Source: Chiloscyllium plagiosum
Taxonomy: Eukaryota
NCBI RefSeq assembly: GCF_004010195.1
Contig: NC_057757.1
Coordinates: forward strand, 6,328,728-6,383,653
Length of the DNA stretch: 54,926 nt
Direction: 5' to 3'
Of the stretch, positions 34,887 through 46,777 are shown one piece after another (within the stretch, counting starts at the first letter, position 1; every line of letters begins with the position of its first letter). The notes beneath the pieces were generated by a model. It saw only the letters and a program-made list of their open reading frames with translations. It did no database searches and was not told the DNA's origin. The translations under genes were made by a program, and so were the position numbers.

Positions 34887-36044
34887 GTCAACTCGGACTG
34901 CGACCCAGTGCTGCCCAGCAACTTCCTGCTGGGTGGCAACATCTTCGACCCGCTCAACCTCAACAGCCTGCTGGACGAGGATGTCAACAAGGCTCTCAAT
35001 GCCGAGACCCCCAAGTCCTCGCCTCTGCCCAGCCGCAACCGTGACCCAGTGGAGATCCTCATCCCCAAGGACATCACCGACCCACTCAACCTCAACAATG
35101 ACTCTGAGGTCCTGCCGTCGCCCCTGAAGCTGGGCCGCAAGAGGCGACACCGGCATTACCACCACCCGCCTGGCCAACCGCCTCAGTCTGCCGAACCAGC
35201 GGAGAGGAGCCAGGTTCCCCCGCTCGATCCCAGCGCCCGGGATTGCCCCGTGGGCCAGAACTCGGCAGCTGCAAACGCGGGGCCGGGGAACTCTGAAGTA
35301 CCAGTTGAGTCGGAGGGCCCCCAGCCCTATGAGCTCAACACCGTCATCAACTGCAGAGATGAGATTGTGTCGCCCGTCCTTCACGGCTCTGAGCAAGCTC
35401 CGACCGGAACCCGGCATCGCAAGCGGCGCCGGACTACCAGCAAGTCCGAGATGGGCAAGGTCCCTGCTGGCTCAGAGGAAGAGCCCAGGCTGCCAGGTGC
35501 TGATGCCAAGAAGTCGACAGCAGATAAGACGAAGGGCAAGTCGTCTCACCACCACCACCACCATCACCAACACCAGCAGCATAGCCTCCAGCGCCACTCC
35601 AGCTTGTACCGTGACGGCAAGGCCCAGCCCAACTTCCAGAGCAAACAGAAGCGGTTCCAATATGGCAACTACACCAAGTACTACGGCTACCGCAACCCCG
35701 GGCGCTGCGAGGACCCTCGGCTCGGCTTCTTCAAGCCTGAGTGGTTCCGGGGCAAGGACATCCTGGACCTGGGCTGCAACGTGGGCCACCTAACGCTCAG
35801 CATCGCCAAAGACTTGAAGCCCTCACGCATTGTGGGCATCGACATTGACGGTGGCCTCGTCCACACGGCCCGACAGAACATCCGCCATTTCCTGTCGCAG
35901 GACGTGCTGCCGTCGCAGGGCGATGGGCAGGTGAAGAGGTGTTTCCCACTGTCGCTGACCAAATGCAAGGGCCCGATCGTAGCCCCACCCGTGACTGTGG
36001 ATCACTGTGTGACCGAGTTCCCCAATAACGTCACCTTCATCCAG
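34887..36044 (+). CDS. MEPCE: 7SK snRNA methylphosphate capping enzyme, large first coding exon (5' part in gap)
   Basis: VNSDCD.VLPSNFLLGGNIFDPLNLNSLLDE, DPVEILIPKDITDPL, QPYELNT.INCRDE, FQYGNY.KYYGYRN, SAM motif I ILDLGCNVG (35760-35786), IVGIDID, FPNNV; donor CAG|GTGAGT, phase 0. Confidence 0.97.
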
Positions 36045-37145
36045 GTGAGTGCATCTGGTAAGCTTTTTGTGGGGGAGGGAGGTTCACCTCAGCAGCTGGT
36101 GAAAAAGTAAAATATTTGGTATTGCAAAAAATCCCAGATGACGTCTTGAACCAAGCCACTTGGATGGGGGGTCCACCACACAAATTCCATCCAGGCCAAC
36201 AGTGGGTGGTTTCTTTTACAAGATGGACAGTCACTTTGTGTTCTGTGGAAATTTTGATTTTTCACAGGGTTATCTTGACAGTGAATACATTCCTGCAGCC
36301 CAGGTACTCAACAGGTATGACGTGTAAACAACCTTTTTATTATCACTGCGGATATTAAGACATGAGTGCATTCCAGGTCCTCGCCCAGGGGGCACTCCAA
36401 ACGAAGAGGGTTTTTAAAATATTTCTCATTGCCCTGAAATGTGAGGTGGCTACACGGCCGTTTCATGCCTTCAGAATGATTGTCTGAGTTCCTGTGAAAC
36501 CATATGTATCAGGGGGTTTTTGAGTCAGTTTTAAAATAGTGCTTCTAGCGAATCCATGCTTAACATGAATATATGTTCCACTTTTCATTTGACCATGTGC
36601 CTTATCAAGTTTTCATGTCTGTAGCCAGCTGTTCAGCTTTTCTAATTGGAAATGGTGGCTGTACATGCCTTGCCTACAGCATAGTTGTTGAGATTGGGGC
36701 TGCGGCCTATTCCTGTCCTGTTCTTTCCCCTCTGTCTGGTGAGATTTCCTTGCACTGAAAGTCCTGTCACTCAACAGGATGCGTGAAGTTTCTAGTTTGC
36801 CCACGAGGAGGTGCCCCGTGTACTGAGCAATCGATCGTTTCTCCAGCTTTCGATTCTGACCTCTGGGGCTGAATTGATGAGCTTTTCCAGCATCTAAAGT
36901 TAAACTTATCCACCAGCCCACCTTCACTCCTTTTGGGGAAGTAAAGTTAACGGCTCGAGATAATGCAAACCATGTAGTTGAATTTTCAAACTCCAATTCC
37001 TGGTGCCTCCTGCAAACAATGATCTAACAATGAGCTGCAAAAGCTGCTTGCAGTGTGTACAGATTCAAAATGTTCGGGAAAATCCTACAGAATAGCATCC
37101 CACTCAATTCAAAATTGATTGGTCCAATTGATGCAAATTTCAGTT

Positions 37146-37503
37146 CAGCAAACCTTGTATTAACTGGCACGTATGGGACCAGGAGTGGGCCTGTTGATCA
37201 AATGTTCCAGATAACCCAGAGGTCCACATGATCAATGTGAAAACACGCATTAAATAACAGAAACTTAATGCAGGGGATATACACACAACTGCTTCACTTT
37301 ACTCACAACATAAATCACTTGAATAATAATGCACCTTTGCATTAAATAAATCTTAACGGCACAGAGCCTTCTCATTCGCATCCTCAACTGACTACTTTGA
37401 AATCATGAAAATACAGTAATTTCATATTATTTGAGGTATATAATTTTTGCTGGTTTATCAAGAGTGCTGGTTCATAAATTGTCAGTGAAAACAGAGTTTG
37501 CTG
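37146..37503. mobile_element. pogo/Tigger-like MITE in MEPCE intron 1
   Basis: Imperfect TIRs cagcaaaccttgtattaactggca / tgtcagtgaaaacagagtttgctg, followed by TA. Confidence 0.6.
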
Positions 37504-37896
37504 TATTTGGAGATGACGACACCCTCCCCCTGAGAGCTTGTGATGCTGGGAGGTCTGTTCTCAGCACTCGTTTGGGTGAAATTGTGGTGGTTTGCTGCTT
37601 GTTATGTCCTGTTGCTTATGCACGATGCATCTTAAAAGTTTTACCACCTCCAAGGAGTGCAGTCACATCGTGGTTATGTTGCTGGACTAGTTATCTGACG
37701 GCAGCTTCAAATCCCAAACCAGGGAATTTAGATTTAGTTGATTAAACAAAATTTGGAATGAAAAAAAACTAGGAGTAACCATTGTGACAATGGTATTATT
37801 TGATTGTCATAAAACCCAATCTGATTCACTAATTCCTTTTTAGCGAAGGAAATTTGCTGTTTTACTTAGTCTAGTCTAACCTAGCCTAAATATGGC

Positions 37897-38370
37897 TAGA
37901 GGAAGGATGTTGTGAAACATGAATGGGTTCAGAAAAGATTTATAATGTTGTTTGGAATGGACGGTTTGAGCTATAGGTAGGGGCTGAATAGGCTGGTGTG
38001 TTGGAGGCTGAGGAATGACTGTATAGAGGTTGATAAAATCATGTAGTATGGACAGGATGAATAGCTAAGGTCTTTCTCCCAGGGTAGGGGAGTCCAAAAC
38101 TAGAGGGCATAGGTTTAAGGTGAGAGGGAAAGGATTTGAAAGGGACCTAAGAGGCAGCCTTTTCACGCAGAGGGTGGTATATGGAATTAGGTGAAAAAGG
38201 AAATGGTTGAGACGGGTACAGTGATAATATTGAAAAGACATTTGGACAGTATATGGAAAAGGAAAATTTAGAGGGATATGAGCCAAATGCAGGCCAATGC
38301 AATACTGTCAGTTTGGGAAATCTGGTCAGCGTGGATCAGTTGGTTTGAAGGGTGTTGTACAGCTCTGACT
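37897..38370 (+). mobile_element. CR1 3' fragment (intronic)
   Basis: ggggagtccaaaactagagggcataggtttaagg and CR1 tail. Confidence 0.8.
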
Positions 38371-40516
38371 GCGGACCCAAAGTAATGTAGCTTCCTGAAA
38401 TTGCTGATTGAGACGTCAGCTGTGTTTTAGAAAGGAGCTCACCACCAGCAACTCTTCGAGCAACAGGGAATGGGCAGAAATATTTGCCCCCTATCCTGTT
38501 AACAAATTGTCTTTACGGTGATTTGAGACCTGATTGCTTTAGGATGTTGCTTTAAGACTTGAGAGGCTCCACCTAGGACTGGCCTTCTGCATATTTATGA
38601 TAAGCAGCCCACATCTATTTCTGTGCATGTTTGTTACTTCATTTTATGTATTTGCCACGAGCATTAATTACAATCACCTTCCAGTAGACCATTTCAAATC
38701 ATTCTTTTTTAAACCTATCCATTCAGTTGTTTGCAGTGCAGCAGATGGTTGCCTCTGAGTTCAGTTCAAGGCTGAATGGTCCAGTTTTAATTTGGGAGAT
38801 TGGCTCAAGGAGACAGTTTGATCTGGAGTGAGTTGCTTTAATCCTCAAACACCTTTTTGAGCAAGAGGATGTTTGGTATGAAGGTACTGTGAAAGCTCTG
38901 CCACTATCTTTCCCACTTTTACAGAGGGTTTGGTAGTGGTGACTTTGAAGGGTAGGGCTGGGGGAAAAAGGAGATTGAAAACCGAAGAAAGGATGGAGAG
39001 GAGTTTATTCAAATGTGAACTTTGGCACCCTACAGATTTTTGTTCCTGCACGGGATGTGGACCTTACTGGCAAGGAAGCAATTGTCACCCATTCCTAATT
39101 GCCCTCGAATAGAGTGCCTTGCTAGGCCATTTCAGAGGACAGTAAATAATCAGGTGTAGGCCAAATGGAGTAAGGATGACCAGGCAGAGAGTATGATGAA
39201 CTAGGTGTGTTTTCTAATACCATTCGCATTAGTTTTGCTGCTATCGTAAGATATTTTTTTAAAGTTCCATGTATTGTTGATTCCATGTTTGAACCATCTC
39301 TCACATTTGGCTTCAAACCAATGTGTCCAGCGTATTAGCCTGGAACTGTAGATTACCAGTCCAGTGACATTTCCATAATGCCACTTAACTTCAGGCCTGC
39401 ACACCCACTGTTTATCGTCCCTTCTTTCTGCTGGATCTGCGGAAGCAAAGCATAGACCAGAGGAAGCAAGAGGCTGTCCTACCTGTCCACCCTGTTTGTA
39501 TTCATCATGGCTAATTAGCTACCTCTTATTATGGAGGGTCGGGTAGGGATGTTGAAATTGGAACACCTGCTTATATGTTAATAAAAGGATCATTGGGTTC
39601 CAGCTAGGTTGGGTGTATGTGGGGACCAAGGTAGCTATTGGGATGCAGTGATAGCATCAGCAGGTTAGAGTTCCAGAATAGAGTCCCACCTACCTGGGAC
39701 ATGTGCTAAAACATCTCTGAACAGATTGCTTACTTGTTCTCCATATAATTATTTTAACAAGTGTGGTGGAGTTTTCCGATGGGAGAGTTGAAGTAATGTG
39801 ATTAGAAGTGTATATTCCTGGATTCGTATAATCAATGTTGAAAATACTACTTTTCCCCCATTGTCCTTTATGACATCAGTATCCAAAGACCTATGAATCT
39901 TTGTGTTTATACCTGCTCAATGACTGAGCCTTTTCCACCCTTGGGTGCAGAATTTCCTTAGTGTTACGTTGTGGAAAAAGGAGGGCAGTGAATGGATTAA
40001 CTGTGGAAGATAAGGTACCTTACAAATTGGCGATCTCATTTGCAGTTAAAGCCAGAGTTGCTGAACAGTTTTCAGTGGTTCTGGCATGCACAGGCAGTTA
40101 TGATTGGGACCACCTTGTGAGTAACTGTGCAGATTCATGTAGCTCAGTTTGTAACTAGAAGCTTAGTCATTGACAAGTGAGAACCAACTTCAGCAAATTT
40201 CAGTGGATGGTGTGCCCTTGGTCCTGACCTATTGGCCTGGGACTTAGTAGTGAATCATGGGATTTTGCCATTCCCATCTGTATTGTTATTTTTCAGCTTG
40301 ACCCTCCCCTCTCCTATTTTGTGTCTGCTTCTTTCTAAACTCTAATTTCATGTACTTTGTACTCTTCCTGAAGCTGGGCTTCAGATCTGCTCTAACTGGA
40401 TGGGATTTGCCTTTTCATACAGTCATCCCTCAGGCAATCTGAAGTTTTAATGTGTACAGATCATTGCAGATGACGCGATCGACAAGTTTGTCATCTGAAG
40501 TTTTACTTGGATAGTG

Positions 40517-40741
40517 GGAGAAAGTGAGGGCTACAGATGCTGGAGATCAGATCGAGAGTGTGTTGCAGAAAAGCGCAGCAGGTCAGGCAGCATCTGAGCA
40601 GCAGGAGAATCGATGTTTTGGGCTTAAACCCTTATTCAAGAATTCCTGATGAAGGGCTTATGCCCAAAACGTCAATTCTCCTGCTCCTCTGATGCTGCCT
40701 GACCAGTTGTGTTTATCCAGTGCCATGCTCTCGACTCTGTG
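40517..40741. mobile_element. Fold-back Penelope-terminus element (same family as 21130-21342), intronic
   Basis: Inverted arms around an aatt centre; plus arm ctgatga-a-gggc-ttat-gccc-aaaac-gtc; flanks cttggatagtg (40506-40516) and cttgcatagtg (40742-40752). Confidence 0.75.
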
Positions 40742-41619
40742 CTTGCATAGTGCCTCACTACGTGTTAGACATCCCAGACCCAGCTTCAATTGTTGGCAGA
40801 TACAGCAGCTGAAGTTTGCCTGCCAACAGCAGTGGGATGAGAGGCTGCTTTGCCTGTTGGTGATTGCAAGGGTCAATGAGTGTTGACAAGAGCACGAGGA
40901 TGCCCTCTGCTCTTTAACTGGACCCTGGGATCTTTTAATGTGCACTGTAATGAGATGGGCCATGAGTTTTCAACAAGAACAGAGCATACCTTGAGTAGTA
41001 GTGCACCACTGCCAAGTTATAGATTCAATGATGAAACACATCTTGACCCACCACCTTCAAACTGTGCACAGTGATAACAATTTGTCCAAGCTGACAGGCA
41101 ATGTATCTTTTTGGAGGTATGACTGAATTTATCTTAATTTGCCATTCATATTTTGCAGCAGGGCTATCAGATGAGTGTGTGCAAAGCCAAACTAATTCCT
41201 AGTCCAAGGAGTGCTGAAGACTGAATTCTAGCAATCAATCCTACTCCAGCCTCCTGCCTGAGGGCCAATAGATGCAGATCAAATCCAAGTCATTCCTTGT
41301 TTCTGTGGCAAGTAGATACTACTTTCAGCCACTGAAACAATTGGAAGACTTTGACCCTGCTGTGAAACTGATTCTGGGTTTCTCAAATTGCCTTCAGGCT
41401 GTAATTCCAGACAGAGATCCAATGGTATATTCAGCCCCTACACGAGATAAATTGTGGGCCGAAGGGCCCATTCTTCTGCTGTCCTGTCCTCATCTCGCTG
41501 AGTGGAGTGCAAGCCTGTTAGTCTGTATGTTATGTTGGCTGCTGATTTCAGCTGTGTTTGTGTCTAGGGTATTTCAATTTTTTTTTTTTAAATACTCTCT
41601 CTCTTCCTTTTCCTGACAG

Positions 41620-41838
41620 GGAAACTACGTGCTGGAGAAGGATGAATTGCTGGAGACGCAGAGGCCAGAGTACGATGTCATTCTGTGCCTAAGTTTGACA
41701 AAATGGATTCATCTCAACTGGGGCGACGAGGGGCTCAAACGGATGTTCAAACGCATTTACAGGCATCTGCGGCCTGGTGGCATTTTCATCCTGGAGCCGC
41801 AGCCCTGGTCGTCTTATGGGAAGCGGCGGAAAATTACG
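41620..41838 (+). CDS. MEPCE: MEPCE coding exon 2 (Bin3-type methyltransferase domain)
   Basis: Acceptor ttcctgacag|; GNYVL...[26 protein letters not shown]...[16 protein letters not shown]; donor ACG|GTGAGG; 219 nt. Confidence 0.97.
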
Positions 41839-43139
41839 GTGAGGTTTTTTTTTTGAAAAAGCATAATTGTTTGCGGCATTTTGGCACTGCTGACTGTGTT
41901 CAATGTCTATTGCCCGTTTCTGATTATCCGTCAGAAAATGTTGGTGAACCACAGCCGTCCGTCTAAGTACAACCTCCATGTGGTTGAGCGGAGAGTTCTA
42001 GGATCCAGTGAAAGAACAGTGATATAATTGTAAACAAGTGGCTTGGAGTGGGTGGAGCTTACTGGTGGTCGGGGGTTTTCCTGTATGTCTGCTACTCTTC
42101 TAGGTGCTAGTGGACATTGATTTGGAAGATTTTGTCGTGAGAGGGGGCTGTACTTTTGTCTACATATCTTCGGTTAATATTGTGACAAGGAGGATTATAA
42201 AAGAAGGTTTACACTTGCAGCAGCTGTCTGCCACACCTGTATGTATATCATCTGTACATGAGAAACCTTTGGAATGAAAAAGTCAGCAAATTTCCATGTA
42301 TCACCTTGTGGCTGAACTATACAGAGCAATGGTTTCCCTCAACTTTGGTCACTTGGTATGCTTCTGTTGGGAACAGCGCTGCTAGTTAAAGTGGGGATGA
42401 ACAATCAGGATTGTTGTTCCCTGTTTAGTTTTGGACATTGAGAGTGGATTCTCAGCTGTGATAGTGTCTCCTATTCCAATGTCCAAGCCATTGCCTGGAG
42501 TATGTGAAGGTGTGTTGGAAAGCCATACCTGCTGACTGACCCCTATCCCAGCCAGAGATGACAACAGTCAGGAAACAGTGGCACCATCAAGGCAGGGAGG
42601 GTTCTTGTCCACTTGAACATGTTGTTTGAGGTTAAGTAATCTTCATTGTCCTTAACAATGGACAACAGGCGACAATGTAAATTTAAATCCAAATTGGTGG
42701 ACTGAGAGTAGCGTGGGTCTTGCAGCTGCTCCTGAGATTCTAGCTTATTTCTAGATTTGCTTCTAGATTTGTTACAGTTGTGACATTTCAGTAGTGCAAT
42801 AAATTTTTTCTGATTTATTTTTGATTGTAAGTACATGAATAAGAAATGTTTGGAGGGCTATGGGCCAAGTGCAGGCAGGCTGGGACTAGTTTAGTTTGGG
42901 ATTATGGTTGGCATGGACTAGTTGGACCGAAGGGTCTCTTTCCGCGCTGTATGACTGTGATTCCTATAATTGTTTATGAGGGCACCCTCTGAAATTGAAC
43001 TGCTCCCAAATGTTGTGAAATCATCGTGACATTTTTTTTATACTTGTGGACTTGATCAGAAACCAGATGAGAGAGATCTTTAATTACTTGAGTCATTCCT
43101 ATTTGAGCTGTATTGCAACTGTTATAACTCAGTTAATCT

Positions 43140-43910
43140 GTACAATATCCAGGCTTGGACTGTCAAGTGGCAACTAGGATTTGCGCCACATAAATATCAG
43201 GCTATGACCATCACTAATAAGAGACAATCTATCCAACACCCCTTGACATTCAGTGGTGTTACCAACACTGAATCCCCCACTATCAACATCCTGGGGGTTA
43301 TCATTGACCAGAAACTCAACTGGACTCACCACGTAAATAGTGTAGCTACAAGAGCAGGTCAGAGGCTAGGAATACTGTGGTGGGTAACTCACCTCCTGAC
43401 TCCCCAAAGCCTTTCCACCATCTACAAGGCACAAATCAGGAGTGTGATGGAATGCTCCCTACTTGCCTGGGTGAGTGCAGCCCCAAGAACACTCAAGAAC
43501 AAAGCTTGATTGGCACCACATCCACTCCCTCCACCACCGACACTTAGTACACATGGCTGCTACTATCTACAAGATACACTGCAGAAATTCAGCAAAGATC
43601 CTCAGACAGCATCTTCCAAATCCATGATCGATTTCATCTAGAAGGACAAGGGAAGCAGATATATGGGAACACCACCACCACTCTCCAAGACACTCGTCAT
43701 CCTGACTTGGAAATGTATCGCCGTACCTTTGCTGTCGCTGGATCAAAATCCTGGAATTCTTTTCCTAATGGCATTGTGGGCCATCCCAGAGCAGGTGGAC
43801 TGCAGTGATTCAAGAAGGCAGCTCACTACCACCTTCTCAAGGGCAGCTCAGAATTGGCAATAAATGCTGGGCCCAGCCAGCAATGCCCACAGCCTACAAA
43901 TGAATAAAGG
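43140..43910 (+). mobile_element. CR1/L2-group LINE 3' fragment (family distinct from the main CR1 copies)
   Basis: NILGVIIDQKLNWTHHVNSVATRAGQRLGIL...IYKAQIRSVME; tail gcaataaatgctgg...gccagcaatgcccac. Confidence 0.75.
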
Positions 43911-44305
43911 AAAAATAATGTCCGAGCTCCACAGCTAGCTTGAAACTTGTGATCCCGTTTAGGGTCCCAACCCTATTTTGGGATGTCCTGCACTAAATTT
44001 CGGTTTCATCAATTACAGTTTGGATTTCACACTGCCTCAGTCCTAGATCCTGGGTGCTCCTGCACTGAGATCTCACTTGTATATTTATAGTCTGAGATTT
44101 TGAGAGAGTTCACACCACCCGAGAGTTGATCCTGCTTCACCAGGTAAAGACGAATCGATTCAGGACTGAATTCCAATAGAATGTTGTTATTGCTGTTTCA
44201 CAAGATCTGTCAATTTCAAGTGTTAAAGGTTATGCCGAGTAATAAAATTATTCATTTCAGTTGATTCTTGTTGCCCTTCTAAAAGATCTGTTTGTGTTTT
44301 CCCAG

Positions 44306-44432
44306 GAGACAATCTACAAGAACTACTATAAGATTATCTTTAAACCGGATCAGTTTACGTCTTATCTGTTGTCCCCAGAGGTTGGGTTTTCCAGTTACGA
44401 ACTGGTGGGAACACCTCAAAGCACATCTAAAG
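44306..44432 (+). CDS. MEPCE: MEPCE coding exon 3
   Basis: Acceptor ttttcccag|; [42 protein letters not shown]; donor AAG|GTAAGG, phase 1. Confidence 0.97.
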
Positions 44433-44667
44433 GTAAGGGATGTATTTAAAGGCCACATGGCTTCAGCGCTGCTTATTGGAACTCTGCAATTTAGATTGCT
44501 GCTGCAGCTGAAGCAGCTTTTCGATGATGCAGGCACACACTAGAATGTGTTAGTGCTATCATTTTAGAAAGAAATGGGTTGAATGGCAGCCTACTGTGTT
44601 GAGATTCTGATCGTACGAAATTGGAAACCAGAGAGAAGACCATAACAGGTGAGAAGACAGAGACCAT

Positions 44668-45020
44668 GGGGTGGCACAATGGCTCAGTAGTTAGCATTGC
44701 TGTCTCTCAGTGCCAGGGACCCGGTTCCATTCCACCCTCTGGCGACTGTCTAGATGGAGTTTACACGTTCTCCCCGTGTCTGCGTGGGTTTCCTCCAGGT
44801 GCTCTGGTTTCCTCCCACAGTCCAAAGATGTGCAGGTTGGGGTGGACTGGCCATGCTAAGTTGCCCTGTAATGTCCAGAGATGTGCAGGTTAGGTGGGTT
44901 AGCCATGGGAAATGCAGGGATAGAGTAGGTAGGTGGGCAAGTTTGGGTAGGGTGTTCTTTGGAGGGTCAGTGTAGGCTTGATGGGCCGAATGGTCTGCTT
45001 CCACATTGTACGGATTCTAT
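44668..45020 (+). mobile_element. V-SINE (HE1-like) in MEPCE intron 3
   Basis: tRNA head, V-domain, duplicated gatgtgcaggtt subunit, CR1-like tail. Confidence 0.85.
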
Positions 45021-45186
45021 ACGTTGATACAAATACTCATTGGGTTAGGCAGTGTAGTAAAGTGAGAAGCTGGGGTTAATTTTTCAGGTCAAAATTACTT
45101 CTGATGAAAGGCTCATTGATTTTTAACATTAATTCTCTGTCCAATGATGTCTGACCTGAATATTTTTCGCATCTGCTGTTAGCATT

Positions 45187-46555
45187 CATAGTCGTAGAGT
45201 CATAGAGATGTATAGCACGGAAATAGACCCAACAATCCAACCGTCCATGCCAACCAGATATCCCAACCCAATCTAGTCCCACCTGGCCCATATCATTCCA
45301 AACCCTTCCTATTCATGTACCCATCCAGATGGCTTTAAATGTTGCAATTGTACTAACTTCCACCACTTCCTTTGGCAGCTCATTCCATACATGTACCACC
45401 CTCTGCGTGAAAAGGTTGCCCCTTCAGTCTCTTTTATATTTTTCCCCTCTCACCTTAAACCTATGCCCTCTAGTTCTGGACTCCCCCACCCCAGGGAAAA
45501 GACTTTGTTTATTTATCCCATCCATGCCCCTCATGATTTTATAATCCTATTTAAGGTCACCCCTCAGCCTCCGACACACGAGGGAAAATAGCCCCAGCCT
45601 ATTCAACCCCTCCCTATCGCTCAAATCCTCCAGCCCTGGCAACATCCTTGTAAATCTTTTCTGACCCCTTTCAAGTTTCACAACATCTTTCCGATAGGAA
45701 GGAGACCAGAAGTGCCTGCAATATTCCAACAGTGGCCTAACCAATGTCCTGAACAGCTGCAACATGACCTCCCAACTCCTATATTGAATGCATTGACCAA
45801 TAAAGACAAGTTTACTAAATGCCTTCTTCACTATACTATCTACCTGCAACTCCACTTTCAAGGAGCTATGAACCTGCACTCCAAGGTCCCTGTGTTCAGC
45901 AACACTCCCTCGGACCTTACCATTAAGTGTACAAGTCCTGCTAAGATTTGCTTTCCCAAAATGCAGTACCTCACATTTATCTAAATTAAAGTCCATCTGC
46001 CACTTCTCAGCCCATTAGCCTATCTGGTCAAGATCCTGTTGTAATCTGAGGTAACCCTCTTCGCTGTCCACTACACCCTCCAATTTTGGTGTCATCTGCA
46101 AACTTACTAACTATACCTCCTATGCTCACATCCAAGTGATTTATATAAATGATAAAGTAGTGGACCAGCACCAATCCTTGTGGCACTCCACTGGTCACAG
46201 GCCTGCAGTCTGGAAAAACAACCATCCACCACCACCCTCTGTCTTCTACCTTTTGAGCCAGTTCTGTATCCAAATGGCTAGTTTTCTCTGTATTCCATGA
46301 GATCTAACTTTGCTGACCAGTCTTCCATGGGGAACCTTGTTTGAACGCCTTACTGAAGTCCATATAGATCATGTCCACCACTCTGCCCTCATCAATCCAC
46401 TTGGTTACTACTTCAAAAAAACTCACTGAAGTTAGTGAGACACAATTTCCTGCTCACAAAGCCATGTTGACTCTAACTAGTCCTTGTTTTTCCGAATACA
46501 TGTAAATTCCGTCCCTCCGGATTCCCTCCAACAACTTGTCCACCACTGATGTCCA
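45187..46555 (-). mobile_element. CR1 RT and 3' end in MEPCE intron 3
   Basis: SGVPQG, SKFADDTKIGG, FNLDKCEVLHFG, RRLRGDL. Confidence 0.9.
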
Positions 46556-46730
46556 GTAACTTTATTGTTATGCAATTGTTGCCAAACTTGAGTGGGTTTA
46601 AAGGGGAATAAATAAAGGAATGTTACGATTTGGTTTGTCTTCCCTGAACAGATGCTGACTTTATCTATTTTAGATTTAGTTCTTTTGATTCACCTGAATG
46701 TTGCAACTAAGCAGCTGTTTTCCTCCACAG

Positions 46731-46777
46731 GGTTCCAGCGGCCGGTTTACCTCTTTCACAAAGGGTCATCCATCTAG
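46731..46777 (+). CDS. MEPCE: MEPCE final coding exon
   Basis: Acceptor tttcctccacag|; (G)FQRPVYLFHKGSSI*; phase compatible with exon 3. Confidence 0.96.

Noticed and set aside
32642..35417. Long ORFs containing X runs (also 5072-5902)
   Set aside because: Artefacts of translating through N gaps.
35092..36005. Antisense and alternate-frame ORFs over MEPCE exon 1
   Set aside because: Typical shadows of a GC3-rich coding exon; no independent evidence.
36045..36110. ORF-track extension VSASGKLF... of MEPCE
   Set aside because: Read-through into the intron past the canonical GTGAGT donor; homology resumes at 41620.
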